From the NCBI GenBank assembly GCA_951406725.2, contig OX597815.1:160642001-160706000 (forward strand): DNA of 64,000 nucleotides, in the 5' to 3' direction. The translations under genes and the position numbers were made by a program. Numbering within the stretch: the stretch's first letter is position 1; each line of letters opens with the position of its first letter. The notes below the pieces were generated by a model. That model saw only the letters and a program-made list of their open reading frames with translations. It made no database searches and had not been told where the DNA came from. The DNA comes from Octopus vulgaris. Taxonomy: Eukaryota. Positions 1-13,437 of the stretch are shown here, in pieces.

Positions 1-271
1 TCGACTTTGCCTTTCATCCTTTCGGTGTCGATAAATTAAGAACCAGTTACGCACTGGGGTCGAAGTAATCGACTTGATCCGTTTGCCTGTCCTTGTTTGT
101 CCCCTCTATGTTTAGCCCCTTGTGGGTAATAAAGAAACAGATTACAGTAGTAGTAGTAGTAGTAGCTGTTGTTGTTGCTGCTGCTGCTGCTGCTGTTGTT
201 GTTGTTAAGCAACAAGACGGGTAAGGGTGATTAGGTGATGGTCTAAGGCTTAGGGGCGGGAGACCCCAGAC

Positions 272-498
272 CTTGGAAAAACAAAACTTTGGTCGTCTTG
301 TTGTGGTCGAGGGCTCTTCGTTGACGCCCGACACCACTGGGAGGTGGCCCTCGAAATCGCTGGAAATGGAGATCTCCAGGTCCAAATTCTTGAACGGCTG
401 TTGTTGTAGCTGCTGTTGTTTAGACCCCAGTCAATTTCTTTAGTAACCATGAGGTTGAGAAAAAGCGAGGACGATATGAGGACAGTCAAAACAAACAT
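272..498 (-). CDS. Possible first coding exon of a secreted or type II membrane protein (MFVLTVLISSSLFLNLMVTKEIDWGLNNSSYNNS...FVFPR); remainder of gene outside window
   Basis: Non-repetitive sequence; ATG at 498 followed by hydrophobic stretch and N-X-S sequons; candidate acceptor ttttag| at 713 and donor aag|gt at 272/271. No homology recognised. Confidence 0.35.
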
Positions 499-1634
499 TG
501 GGGTCAGGTTATCGAATGAGACGAAACGAATAAACAAACAATTAAAATCCAACTGCGATCGAGCAAACCTCTGATTAAAACTTTTGCGAGCCACTGTCTG
601 AGAACCACTGCAGCACTGTGTGATGCAATGGAGACTTGACTGTTATGGCTAGCAAATAAAACAGCTATGTAGAGGCCGTTTTGCTGACTCAAAGAAGGAA
701 GTGGCGTAGAAATCTAAAAGGATTGCATCAAATGAAAAGTGTAAGGTGGTGGTTTCAGCTTGATGAATGATAGTTTTAAAACTTACAACATGATAAAAAA
801 AAATTCTTATTGCAACTTTGAATGTCATCAGCATTCAAAGACATTCAAAAGCGTATCTTTTTATTTAACGTTAACTGGATTAAAATTTTGACACAAAGCC
901 AGCAATTTTACGAGAGAGGTGAGTCGATCACATCGACCACGTTTCTCTACTGGTAAGTTCTTTATAGACTCCGAAACAATGACAGGCATATCGACCTCGG
1001 CAGAATTTGAACTCAGAACATAAAGAGCCGGGAGTATTTTGCTCGGCGTGCAGACGGTTCTACTAGCTTCGAAACTTAGCTCAAGGCAAATAGTTTGATG
1101 GTAGGGGATAAGTCAATTACATCATTTCCAGAGCTCAACAGATACTTATTTTGTTGACCCTGAAAGAATGAAAGCAATGTCCACCTCGGTGAAATTTAAA
1201 CGTAAAGAGTTGGAAGAAAAATGCTGCGAAGCATTTTGTCGGGTGTGCTAATGATTCTGCTAAGTTGCTGTCTTTAAGTAGATACATTAATTAAAAATGA
1301 ATCCACAGTTTGTTCAGTGAACGAAATATCGTGCGTTGAATTGTTCCACTCATTTCTTATTCTGTCTTATAATTTCTTTATTTATTATTAATAGTTTGAA
1401 AACTTCAGAGCAGCAATGAAATACGATGTCGTATTAAGTTATGTCGCTTTATCCCTTTAGTTAGTGAGTTAAAATACGGAGGTAGTCAGCTGGGCCTTTC
1501 ATCCGTTCGTGGTCCATACACTAAAGTAGAGGTCAAGTACTGGGAGTTATATTATCGATAATACCTTTTTGCAAAATTTGAAACCTTGTTTATATGTTAG
1601 AAATTAATATACTTGTTGTGACGCCAGGTTTCAG

Positions 1635-1925
1635 ATGCCATTTTGTGATCTTCATCTGCGCATGCGCAATGATTAGTGTCTTCCGGAAGGCCTGCCGGAA
1701 CTCCCTTATGCGCATGCGCAGTAATCAGCAGCAGCTAGCTTTTACCGCTATTCTTTTTGCTTTCTGCTGCCGAGAGACAGACCCTATGTCACCAGGACTG
1801 GCCGAACTATTCACTGGCCCAAGAAACTTGCAAAGACTATTTACATTTGACATTTTTCTATTGTGTGTTCGTGTCTACGACAATGTATTTCACTAAACGC
1901 TACAAAACCAACCAATCACAGCAGC
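1635..1925. promoter_or_regulatory. Housekeeping-type promoter-like island
   Basis: Two TGCGCATGCGCA (NRF1-type) at 1657-1668 and 1709-1720 bracketing two CCGGAA (ETS-type); GCCATTTT (YY1-like) ~1637; CCAAT ~1912. Confidence 0.5.
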
Positions 1926-2304
1926 GGACACAACTGGTTCTAAGTAGCTGAAGGATGGCTGCTATCTACCACGACGTTACTTGTATTATATCTCTCAAAC
2001 AGTGAGGTTATCACCGAGGTATGCTACATACTTATTATACATCCTACATACGTCTTGCATTTCCACAGACACCTAGAAGGTGGTAAGCTGACAGAATCGT
2101 TAGCGCGATGGACAAAATACTTAGCATTTCGTTCTCTTTACGTTTTGAATTCCAACTCTGCGAGGTTTACTTTGCCTCTTGGGGTCGATAAAATAAGTAC
2201 CTCCAAATGTCAGACCTTGTGACAGTAGAATAAATAATTACAATAGGAAACTGTGTCCTTCTACAAAGTTTGTGGCCTTGTGCCTATGTTAAAAAAATAA
2301 ATGT

Positions 2305-2550
2305 GCCCTTTTAAAACCTAGCCAGGCTCATGGGCCCGGTTTCCTGGATTCTATGACATATGTGTTCCCCAGCTGGGCGAGACGCCAGTCCATCGCAGCG
2401 TTATTCATTTTTGCCTGCTGAGTGGACTGGAGCAACGGGAAATGAAGTGTTTTGCTCAAGAACACAATACGTCGCCCGGTCCAGGAATCGAAACCACAAT
2501 CTTACGATCATGATGCTGACACCCTAACCACTATGCCATGCGCCTCCACT
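2305..2550 (-). mobile_element. tRNA-derived SINE (Meta/V-SINE-like family)
   Basis: Minus-strand head GTGGAGGCGCATGGCATAGTGGTTAGGG...GTTTCGATTCC (A/B boxes) and CTGCGATGGACTGGCGTC body; degenerate + copy at ~21840-22130. Confidence 0.75.
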
Positions 2551-2919
2551 GTGCCTATGTTTCAAATCATTTTATACTCAGCCTTTAAGAGGGCAGCTAA
2601 TAGCAGAATCGGTAGAACAACGGACCAAATGCCCGGCAATATTTATTTGAAACCCTTTTACGTTCTACGTCCAATGTCCGCCGATGTCTATTTTGCCTTT
2701 CATTCTTTGGGAGTTGATAAAATATATAGTAGTTTGGTCAGTTTATTGTAGCGAGGCTTAGATTTGAAACTGAGCTCAATAGTGATAAACAGGCCACAGC
2801 GATTGGGGGTGGGGGGCAGTCTCTGTGTAATTGTTAGCCAATGGTATTTCTGCTACGATCATTTGATCGCATGATTTCGAACGGAAATTTCTCTGTTTCC
2901 TACAAAAAAAAAATTAATA

Positions 2920-2958
<39 letters not shown>

Positions 2959-4389
2959 GCATGGCTATTTATTGAGAAGCACACCACAATCAGAGCAGAG
3001 GTTCCAGAGAAGACAAACGAATAGGATTCTTGATCACTACTCGACCTCGGGTTAAAAAGAATCAATGAAAATAGTTTTATGCCTTTAAGCAACTCAAATA
3101 TGTAGCTATAAAATTTTTTGCCAAACTCAATACACAACATAATTTAGTACTGGTAATCAGGGATACAGCCTCCGGCAAGTACCTATTGTAATCTTAGTAA
3201 ATATATTTGTAAATAAATAGTTTCATTGAAATCTTCAAATGGACTTCGTTTTAACACGGGAAACATGAAGCAACCAATCCAAAAAACCAAAATATCCATA
3301 GCCCATCTATTCAAATTACATTAAATTATCATTTTCGCCTCAAATTTATATTTTACACACACATACAACACTGTCATATGCTTCAACTGTAACGAATACA
3401 TCACGTATATGACGACACATGTCCTGTGGCTGGAAAAGTATTAAGAATTGTACTTTTTGGAAGAAACACGCAACCAACAGTCGATTTTTTTTTTATTTCG
3501 ATTATTATTTGAAATTCTGTCGTATCACAGACGCATTCTTTCGACAGGAAATAAGTATGTTTATTTATTTATTTATTTATCACCGAAATTCGAAGTTTCT
3601 ATAGATTTAACCGTAAATAATGGGCCATAACTTCGGATGATGCCAAAGTAAGAATAAATTCGATATTGATTAATTATGAGGAGACATATTCACCCATATT
3701 CAAGAGAAGATTTATAGCAAAACTTGTTGCCAAACACGTTTCACCTTGTTAATTTTTGTTTTTATACGTTGACAAACCACGTTTCCTGTGTGCGGTTTAT
3801 CAAGTTATTTTCTTCCGCAACATCTCATAGAAAATAATGTTTCTGTTCAATCATGAACATGAAAAACTTGCTTATAACAATCTATTGTTGTTTCTTCTGC
3901 TTTACAATAAATAGAATTAGAAGTGCATTTAATGTATTTTAAAAACACTTTAAATGAAAAATCTAGGAATGAATAATTGGCTGATATTTTGACATAAATG
4001 TCCAGACAAGCTGTAAAGCCACGACTAGACAGATAAATACCAAGATGTTGGCACTCGTTGAAATGATAATCCAAAATGATAATCCTCTTTTTTTTTTTTT
4101 TTTTTCTTGGTAACAACTTACAAAAGGTATAATGAATTTATAACATAGAATATTCAAAGCTATAACTATGAGAGGTAATAACATTTACAACGCTAAGTAA
4201 TCTGAATGAGTAGCCTTTAATTTCACCAATCGCGAAACAATGTTCTTTGCATTCATATTGTAATCTCAGTTTGTAAAACACTCATTTCAAGAGATTTTAG
4301 TTTGATTACTGGCATGAAGTAAATCTTATACTGTTTTTATGCTTCACCGAGTTAGTGCTACCATCGGTAATGCTTGAAAATATACTCGT

Positions 4390-4781
4390 CTTTAATGATT
4401 TGGATGGAAGCACTCCGTCGGTTACGATGACGAGGGTTTCCGGTTGATCCGAATCAACGGAACAGCCTGCTCGTGAAATTAACGTATAAGTGGCTGAGCA
4501 CTCCACAGATACGTGTACCCTTAACGTAGTTCTCGGGGATATTCAGCGTGACACAGAGAGTGACAAGGCCGGCCCTTTGAAATACAGGTACCACAGAAAC
4601 AGGAAATAAGAGTGAGAGAAAGTTGTGGTGAAAGAGTACAGCAGGGTTCACCACCATCCCCTCGTGGAGCTTTAGGTGTTTTCGCTCAATAAACACTCAC
4701 AACGCCCGGTCTGGGAATCAAAACTGCGATCCTATGACCGCGAGTCCGCTGCCCTAACCACTGGGCCATTGCGCCTCCACT
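4390..4781 (-). mobile_element. tRNA-derived SINE (related head, different body)
   Basis: Head GTGGAGGCGCAATGGCCCAGTGGTTAGGGCAGCGGACTCGC...GATTCCCAG on minus strand. Confidence 0.75.
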
Positions 4782-4979
4782 TTAATGATTTAATCTAGTA
4801 AAGAATATGTTACAGCTCCTGATCCTTGCATATTTTCTGTTCGGGTTAAATACGTTATTGAGAAATTCGATTCGTTGATAGAGAGTATTAAATGTTTGAC
4901 GTAGGTGCGCTAAGAAGCTCAATTCTCAACAATGTAGTCTCAGGTTCAGTACCACAACGTGGCACCTTGGGTAACTGTC

Positions 4980-5388
4980 GGATCTTTTCGGTTTGAACGG
5001 CAGTTTTTAACATAATTTCTAGGTAACTAATAAATTTGAAACTTTGTATACTGGTAGAATGTGTTTATAAAACATCTTTTTCTCTTGGCTTTATTGAGAA
5101 AATTCTATAGTTTGTAAGATATTAGTTGTTTTTTTTCTTCAATTTCTGCAATTTCAACCAATCAAAAAACATTCTGTGCCGTTTGAATATGTCCCTCGTT
5201 TAAGAAACAGATTAGGTTTATTTACATTTGTGAAGAAAAAAAGATACCCTTCCCCCCACGCCTAACCCTAACCAACCCTAACCCTAAAATAGATTGAAAT
5301 GCAATAGATCGATACTAGGGTCATAATTATGGGTGACAATTTCATACGACACCGCTAGAAAAAACTGCCGTTCAAACCGAAAAGATCC
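4980..5388. mobile_element. MITE with ~29-bp TIRs and 8-bp TSD (Merlin- or hAT-like), inserted into a CORE-type SINE
   Basis: GGATCTTTTCGGTTTGAACGGCAGTTTTT ... AAAAACTGCCGTTCAAACCGAAAAGATCC; TSD TAACTGTC at 4972-4979 and 5389-5396; SINE head (~4905-4979) continues at 5397. Confidence 0.9.
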
Positions 5389-7077
5389 TAACTGTCTTCT
5401 ACTATAGCGTCGAGCCGACCAAAGCTTTGTGAGTGGATTAGATAGACGGAAACTGAAAGTAGTTCGTCGTACACAAACACACACGTGCATGTCTTTGTGT
5501 CTGTATTTATCTCCCCGCCACTACCACCACTGCTTGAGAACCGGTGTAAGATGTTTGTAAGCAATTCCAGAACAACAAAGGCCGTTACTTTTACTTTTGC
5601 AAAATTTAAATTTCGTTTGTGTCTAAATATTTTCGTTCTTTGAAACCAGGGCAAAACCCTGACAAAAATTCGTGCTGCATCTGTTTTGTCAGTGAACAAG
5701 TCTCGGTTTCGAAACGACAAAAATATTGAGATTGAAATGAGATTTAAACGTTGCAGTGAAATCAACCATTTCTCATTGTGTATGTGTGTTCTTGAATGGC
5801 TTACAAACATCTACTCTTCAATTGTTTTTGTTAATACCATTATGTAGACGTCAGAATCGTAAAAAGTTTGTGCACAATTTTTTGTTTTCATCTTCGTTTA
5901 AAGCATAGATATTTTTTTAGTCTGAAATGCCACCTTCGGCCTCCAGGACGTGTTGGTCGGCCCGAAGCTATGGTTGAAAACACTTTCTGGCAAACAGAGG
6001 CGGGAGAGGAACAGAACAATTCACACGATCAGATTTTTTCCCTAAAGAAAATGGATATTCTTCCCAACCACACGGTTCCGGTACAGTCCCACTGCATGGC
6101 ACCTTGGGTAAACACTGGAGTTTAAAGGACATGTCGTTGTACAATATTACACTATTTAAATTTTTTTTCTTTTTGCTCGGGTCAAACACTAGAGTTTAAA
6201 GGTCATGATCTGACGATGTGAATTTTCCGAGTCCTCTACCCCACCCCCGTTCGCGAGCGCGCACTTTTTTTTATATTCGTTTATTTTGCAATTGTTTTTT
6301 TGGTCGGGTCAAACACTAGATTTTAAAGGTCATGGTCTGATGAAGTGAATTTTCCGAGTTCTGTTCGCGAGCGCGCGTTTTTTTTTCCTTTTCGTTTACA
6401 GCAAGTTGTTTCATACCTATTACACTATTTTTCCTTTATTTTAGCCCCCCTTTTTTTTTTGCTCGAGTCAAACCCTTTAGTTTGAGCACATTTTCCTCCT
6501 CATAACTTTCAGGAAAATAGGTATTTTTTAATGAAATTCTATAGAAATACCTTTCAAACGGTGTAGGTAAAGATTACAAAGAAATTTGTAGGCAAAATTT
6601 TGATTTAAAGGAGATTTGGCTGTTGTTTCTAGCACATCGCAAGACCACCCTTCTTTTTTTCTCTCACTCATATATGTATTGTTGTTTTTCAATAGTTTCT
6701 TCCATAAACACATTTACGCCATAAAAAAAAAAAACGAAAATTAGAAAATTTATGATTTTTTTTTTTTGGCCCCACCCCCTGCTCCCGATTGTTTCTGTTT
6801 TAAAATATTGGTGAGCATGAGAAGATTATTGCTGGGATTTATCCAGACTGATTTTAATAAGAGGTATGTAAAAGATGACTTATTTTGATAGTGTAATTCT
6901 CTGTTAGAAAATGTTTTTTTCTTACACACACAGACACGGCCTCGCACGGTTGGGGTGCGAGTAAAAATTAAAGCTACAATTCTCCACCCCACTTACTTAT
7001 ATCCCAACAATGGACAATGCGTGTGTTACTTCGGCATCATCACTCCATAAAATGTGTTTATAGGAAGAAAAATATTC

Positions 7078-7470
7078 TTTTCTACTCGAGGCACACGGCC
7101 CGAAATTTTTGGGGAGGGAGCCAGTCGATTTGATCGATCCCAGCACGCAACTGCTGGAACATAATTCATCGAAAGGATGAAAGACAAAGTCGACCTCGGC
7201 AGAATTTGAATTCAGAAGTAAAGACAGATAAAATACCTATTTCTTTATTACCCACAAGGGGCTAAACACAGAAGGGACAAACACGGACAGACAAACGGAT
7301 TAAGTCGATTATATCGACCCCAGTGCGTAACTGGTACTTAATTTATCGACCCCGAAAGGATGAAAGGCAAAGTCGACCTCGGCGGAATTTGAACTCAGAA
7401 CGTAGCGGCAGACGAAATACCGCTAAGCATTTCACCCGGCGTGCTAACGATTTTGCCAAGCTCGCTCACT
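7078..7470 (-). mobile_element. Tandem/dimeric tRNA-derived SINE, family A (Nin/Deu-domain-like)
   Basis: GAACTCAGAACGT.. and CCCCGAAAGGATGAAAGGCAAAGTCGACCTCGGCGGAATTTGAACTC units; approximate TSD TATAGG(A/G)AGAAAA(A)TATT on both sides. Confidence 0.85.
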
Positions 7471-8249
7471 TATAGGGAGAAAATATTGTAAGACATCAAT
7501 AGATGTGAGAGTGAAAAAGGAACGAGGAGGGAGGTCTTGGGATGTGCTAGAAACAACAGCTAGATCTCCCTTAAATTACACATTTTCTTCTGAAATTATT
7601 AACATTTTGTTTTTAACCGGAAATATTTCTCTCGCGGGTTTTAAGTGCGTAGTGAAATAAAATGGCTAAAATCGGACTGGGGTGGTGAGGGAGTGAAAAA
7701 ATCATAAATTTTCAAAAGTTTCTTTTTATCGTCAAAAGATGCCTCCCATCATTACAAAAACTGTGCTGAAAAAAAAATTGGAAAAAAACCCGTCAAAACG
7801 GAGAAATTTTGACTTATGTGAGCCGTCTGATCCGAAACTCCGTTTTCCAGAAACTCCAAACATTTTGCCTACAAATTTCTTTGTGATCATAATCTACATC
7901 GTTTGAAAGGAAATTGTATAGAATTTCATTTAAAAATACCCATTTTCCTGAAAGTTATGAAGGAAGGAGGAATGTCGGGTCATGTGAATTTTCCGAAATC
8001 CTCTCCTCAACGGAAAATTTTTTCCAACAAATCTTTACATACACTCACTCTACAGGATAAAAGCGATTATTTGTTGAAAGTTTCTTTAAAAAGAATCCAT
8101 TTTTCTGGAAGTTATGAGGCAACAAAATCGGTGGAGGGGGTATACATCTAGTATGGCAAGTAATAACTACAGCGAAAGGCATTACTATATATAATTCTTA
8201 CTCGAAATTTTGGTTTAGAATTTCACGTTCAGGTTGACTTATATAAACT

Positions 8250-9950
8250 TTGGTTAATGTTGACATTATTAGCCGGAAACGAAATCGGAAAAAAAATAGT
8301 GCAACGGGTGTAAAAAAAAAAGGTGTATGAAACTAATATGGAAACGAAAATGCCCGGAAAGCAACGGAGGTGGGGAGAGGCCTTCGGAAAATTCACAAGA
8401 TCCGATGTTTTTTCCTCATAACTTTTAGGAAAATTGTTTCTTTTTAGATGAAATTTTATATAAATACCTTTCAAACGGTATAGATTACGATTATAAAGAA
8501 ATTTGTGGGGGAAAATCTTTTCCGAGAGGTTGGGGAGAGGACTTCAGAAAATTCACAAAATCCGATGTTTTACCCTCGTAACTTTGAGGAAAATGAGTAT
8601 CTTTCTACTTCACACCCACGTAGGAAACGAATCTGAAAACAAAAATGTATGGAAAGCAACGAGGTGGAGAGGACTTCGGAAATACACAAGCTTCACAAGA
8701 TCTGAGTTCTTCCCTCGTAACTTTGAGGAAAATATAATCCTTTTGAAATCACAAATCACAAGTTCCTCAGGAACTTGGATGCTAAACATCTCTTTGAAGG
8801 GTTCGGGTCCTTACTTCTACTATACACACACAAACACACGCACATATACTCACTCACTCGTTCCATTTGACCCATGACATTGCTATGCCATTGGAAGTTT
8901 AGCTACACAAAGTATATGACATGCAAGATGTCTTTCTCTCTCTCCCTCTCTCCTCACAAAATTGAAACGTATTAGTTTACCCGGTAAAAATTCCGGCACG
9001 AAAAATTGCTAAAGGAAAATGAAAACATTGGATACCATTTGAAAACTAATAAATTTTAAGAGTATATAAAAGATAATTTGTTTTAATATAATACTTTGTT
9101 TCACACACGTACACACAGATACTAACGTGGTTTTTATAAGGATTTTGTATCATTCTTTCTCTAACGTGGTTCTGATAAGGATTTTGTATCATTCTTTCTC
9201 TCTCCTGTAAAATTTAAACAAATTTAACAAATTTTTAAAGAAAAAATCAGCCCCAGTTTTCCGGACAAAAAAGTGTTTTGTAGCATATTAGGCCACCGTA
9301 ATTCATTCATCGAAAAAAAAAAAGAAAAGCATTTTCCAATAATTCCGGTTTCCTACTCCCCACACATTTTTCTGAAGAAAAATGAAGGTTTTGCGGCACA
9401 TTAGGCATCCATAATGCATCCCATTTAAAAGGTGCTTATATAAAATTTCATTAAAAGATATCCATTTTCCTCTAAGTTACAAGGGAAAAACTCGGATCTT
9501 GTGAATCTTGTAAATTTTCCGAAGTCCTCTCCCCCACCCCCACGTTGCGTTCCGTGCATTTTTGCTTTCAGATTCGTGGGTGAGTAGTAGAAAGATATTC
9601 ATTTTCCTCAAAATTACGTGGGAAAAACATCGGATCTTGTGAAATTTCCGAAGTCCTCTCCCCATCTCCTCAGAAAAGATTTTCCCCATAAATTTCTTTA
9701 TAATCGTAATCTATACCGTTTGAAAGGTATCTATATAAAATTTCATTATATAAAATTTCATTTAAAAAAAGGCCATTTTCCTAAAAGTTATGAGGGGAAA
9801 AACATCTGATATTGTGAACTTTCCGAGGGCCTCTCTCCACCCCCGTTGCTTTCCGGGCATTTTTGTTTTCATATTCGTTCCCTACATTTTCTTATACACT
9901 ATTTTTTTTTCTATTTCGTTTCCGGGTAATAATGGCAACATTAACTTTAT
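8250..9950. mobile_element. Foldback-like element with ~500-bp modular inverted arms
   Basis: ~8250-8750 is the reverse complement of ~9440-9950; arms built of AAATTCACAAGATCCGATGTTTT..CTCATAACTTT sub-repeats; related units at ~6160-6600 and ~7850-8120. Confidence 0.7.
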
Positions 9951-10813
9951 TTTATGTCCCGGAAATTTTAAGTATTCGTCGAGACTGGAACACAAAGCAA
10001 ATGGAAATATTTCAGATAGCCTTACTACTCATCTATAAACATCCTTCCGTGAGCTTAAAGGGTGATTTTAAACTTCATTTCGAGGTGTTTGAAAATATGT
10101 AGGTTCCTGACTAGATCTCATGAATGAAATAAACGGACGTCAAATTATGATTATTATGAAACTGTCGTTGTTGGGTGAGGTGCGGTAACATTGTCGAAAT
10201 TGATGTTGCTGCATTAACTGTTATGGGTTATATATAAAGCTGACTGCGTACGACAAATTGTAAATACGCGAACGTTTAGCAACGGATTCCATTGAGGGAA
10301 GGTTAATCATTTATCTTTTATTTGTTTCAGTCATTAGATTGCGGCCATGCTAAAGCACTGACTTGAAGGGTTTTTAGTTGAACAAATCGACCTCAGGACT
10401 TATTTTTTTAAAGCTTAGTGCTTATTTTATCGGTTTTCTTTTGCCAAACCGCTAAGTTAAAGGGACGTGAACGCACCAACGCCGGTTGTCAAGCGGTGGC
10501 GGGGGCTAAACTCACACAAATACACACACACACACACATGCACACACACGACGGGATATTTCCTTGTTTAGATTTAGCCATTTAAATGCTTGCAATAAAC
10601 AGAATGTGTTGACCTAAAAATTTAGCTCACAAATTGTGGTCCTAATATTGGTTTCCAATTTTGACATAAAGTCAGTAATTGCAGGGGTGGGGACTAGTCG
10701 ATTACATTGACCCCAGTGTTCGAATGGTACTTATTTTATTGACTTCGAAAGGATGAAAGGCAAAGTCAACCTCGGTGAAATTCGTTGTCGTCCTAATATT
10801 AATATTACTGTTA

Positions 10814-11030
10814 AGGCGGCGAGCTGGCAGAATCGTTAGCACGCCGGACAAAATGCTTAGCGGCAATTTGCCCGTCTTTATGTTCTGAATTCAAATTCCG
10901 CTGAGATTGACATAACCTTTTATCTCTTCGGGGTCGATTAAATAAGTACCAGTTGAACACTGGGATCCATGTAATCGATTTATCGCCACCACAAAAAATT
11001 GTTGGCATTATACCAAAATTTGAAACCAAT
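10814..11030 (+). mobile_element. SINE family A copy
   Basis: GGCGGCGAGCTGGCAGAATCGTTAGCACGCCGG head, TTCAAATTCC B box, CGGGGTCGATTAAATAAGTACC body. Confidence 0.85.
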
Positions 11031-11064
11031 ATTAATGTTATTGTTTTCCATGGCACCAAGTCAC

Positions 11065-11699
11065 CTTTGTGAGCCGCTCTCCGGCTATCTATCTGCGGCT
11101 TTATATAGCTATGGTAATACCTCACCTGGAAATTGCATCACCGGTCTGGAACCCCTATCTTGCCAAGGATATTAATCGTTTGGAAGCCGTTCAACGACGT
11201 GCAACCAAAAGAATAACCTCCATCAGGCATTTGCCATATTCTGAACACCTTACTTCCCTGGGCATGGACACATTGGAACTCCGACGTTTGGCAGCTGACT
11301 TGGCAGACACCCATAAAATTATTAACCATCTTACAAACAATAACTCTGAGCACCTTTTCAAACTCCACCCGTCTAACACCCGTGGACATATTTACAAAGT
11401 CAGAAAACAGCACAGCTCCCATGACTTTAGGAAATATTTTTTCACGCTGAGAGTTGCTGAAGTATGGAACAAACTGCCGGCATCAGTTGTTAGTTGTCGG
11501 AGCACTGCATCCTTCAAAACTTCCATGCTTTCTGAGATTCGCCAACACTACACTTGATTTTCTCCCCTCCATACACACACAAGCATGTATCTGAGTCATA
11601 CATTGTTCGCTTTCCAGACTGCATATACTTTATACGCACTTTCTGACAAGTTGTGGTCCACCTGAGCACTGTATACAATAATTTCATTATTATTATTAT
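11065..11699 (+). mobile_element. 5'-truncated CR1/L2-type LINE, RT C-terminus + 3' UTR + (ATT)n tail
   Basis: PHLEIASPVWNPYLAKDINRLEAVQRRATK...FFTLRVAEVWNKLP motifs; ends ATTTCATTATTATTATTA. Confidence 0.9.
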
Positions 11700-12667
11700 A
11701 GTGAATACTTGTACACATCATCAGAAGGTTCCAAACATTCACATATAAATACTTCAGAAATATCCTTAAATTTAGATATCCAGATATTGAGCAACTGAGG
11801 CCCTTGGACCAAAGCGAATCGGCACTAACCCATCGATAGTTACCCTTAAAAAAATTATATTTTTTCCAAAAAAAAAAATAGAGAACTTACTGATTAACTT
11901 ACTTAGCAATCTCAGAATTTAGGAGGAGAGTGAATTTAAAGGTGGATCTTTGCTCTGTAACCTATGTGACCTTATTTTCCTTTCGTAAAATCAATTATCA
12001 ATTTTTATCAGCAATAAAGTACAATGTAATGTTTCAAGTTACAAATATTTGGCATTGTTAGAAAATAGAGATAACTTTTTTCTTTGGAATATTCATTGTA
12101 TTGTTGTCAATATTATATATCTTCGACTCTACTTAAGGTAAATCATATTCATTTGTTTTCTAACAACGACCAATGTTAATATTTGAAACGCTCGTATTTC
12201 ATACTTTATCGCTAATAAACATAGATTATTTAATTACCTTTCGAACACTATACATCATTTGTGTAACTTAATATAGACAATCATTGATAATATACCAATT
12301 TTATTGATATTCACAGCAAGTAAACCCTATTTTGAATTAATCCCAATGAACTCTCAGATTATCACAGTATCTAACGGAGCGTGACTGGAATTTCGATGAA
12401 GGCTTTGAAATTTTAGGTCCCCTGGATTAGAGTAAGATCAAACAGATCTGGCTGTTATTTCTAGCGTCGGAGGTCAACAGTTGTACATAGAATATGGCAA
12501 ATCTGTTAAAATCTTGTACAAACAAATTTTTATTCTTTTAGTACAGAAGAAAAAGACAAATACTATTGTCACTACGTGCGACAAAGGTTGAAAGAGTTTG
12601 GATGTTATTGTTCTGGGAATAATTGTAATATTATTCATAAAGTTAACTGCCAGATTTTGTGTTATTT

Positions 12668-13437
12668 TTCCTACTCTAGGCTCAAGGCCTGAACTTTTTG
12701 AGGAGCAGAGGGCAATCGATTAGATCGACTCCAGCACGCAACTGGTACTTAATTTATTGACCCCGAAAGGATGACAGGCAAAGTTGACCTCAGCGAAATT
12801 TGAACTTAGAACATAAAGACAGACGAATTACCTATTTCTTTATTACCCACAAGAGGCTAAACACAGAGGATAAACAAGGACAGACAAACGGATTAAGTCG
12901 ATTATATCGACCCCAGTGCGTAACTGGTACTTATTTAATTGACCCCGAAAGGATGAAAGGCAAAGTCGACCTCGGCGGAATTTGAACTCAGAACGTAGCG
13001 GCAGACGAAATACAGCAAAGCATTTCGCCCGGCGTGCTAACGATTCTGCCAGCTCGCCGCCCTCATTTCTGCTCTAGGTACCAGGCCCGAAATTTTGGGG
13101 GAGGGGCCCAGTCGATTAGATCGACCCCAGTGCGCAACTGGTACCTAATTTATCGACCCCCGAAAGGATGAAATGCAAAGTCGACCTCGACGGAATTTGA
13201 ACTCAGTAAAGACAGACGAAATACCTATTTCTTTACTACCCACAAGGGGCTAAACACAGAGAGGACAAACAAGGACAGACAAAGGAAGTAAGTCGATCAC
13301 ATCGACGCCAGTGCGTAACTGGTACTTAATTTATTGACCCCGAAAGGATGAAAGGCAAAGTCGACCTCGGCGGAATTTGAACTCAGAACGTAGCGGCAGA
13401 CGAAATACCGCTAAGCATTTTGCCAATTCGCCGCCTT
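12668..13437 (-). mobile_element. Tandem array of SINE family A units
   Basis: Four repeats of the GACCCCGAAAGGATGAAAGGCAAAGTCGACCTCGGCGGAATTTGAACTCAG body with two alternative tails. Confidence 0.85.

Noticed and set aside
4700-4781. tRNA gene
   Set aside because: tRNA-like SINE head with A/B boxes continuing into a SINE body; no complete cloverleaf
5255-5290. True telomere or fusion site
   Set aside because: Only about four units, internal to a MITE
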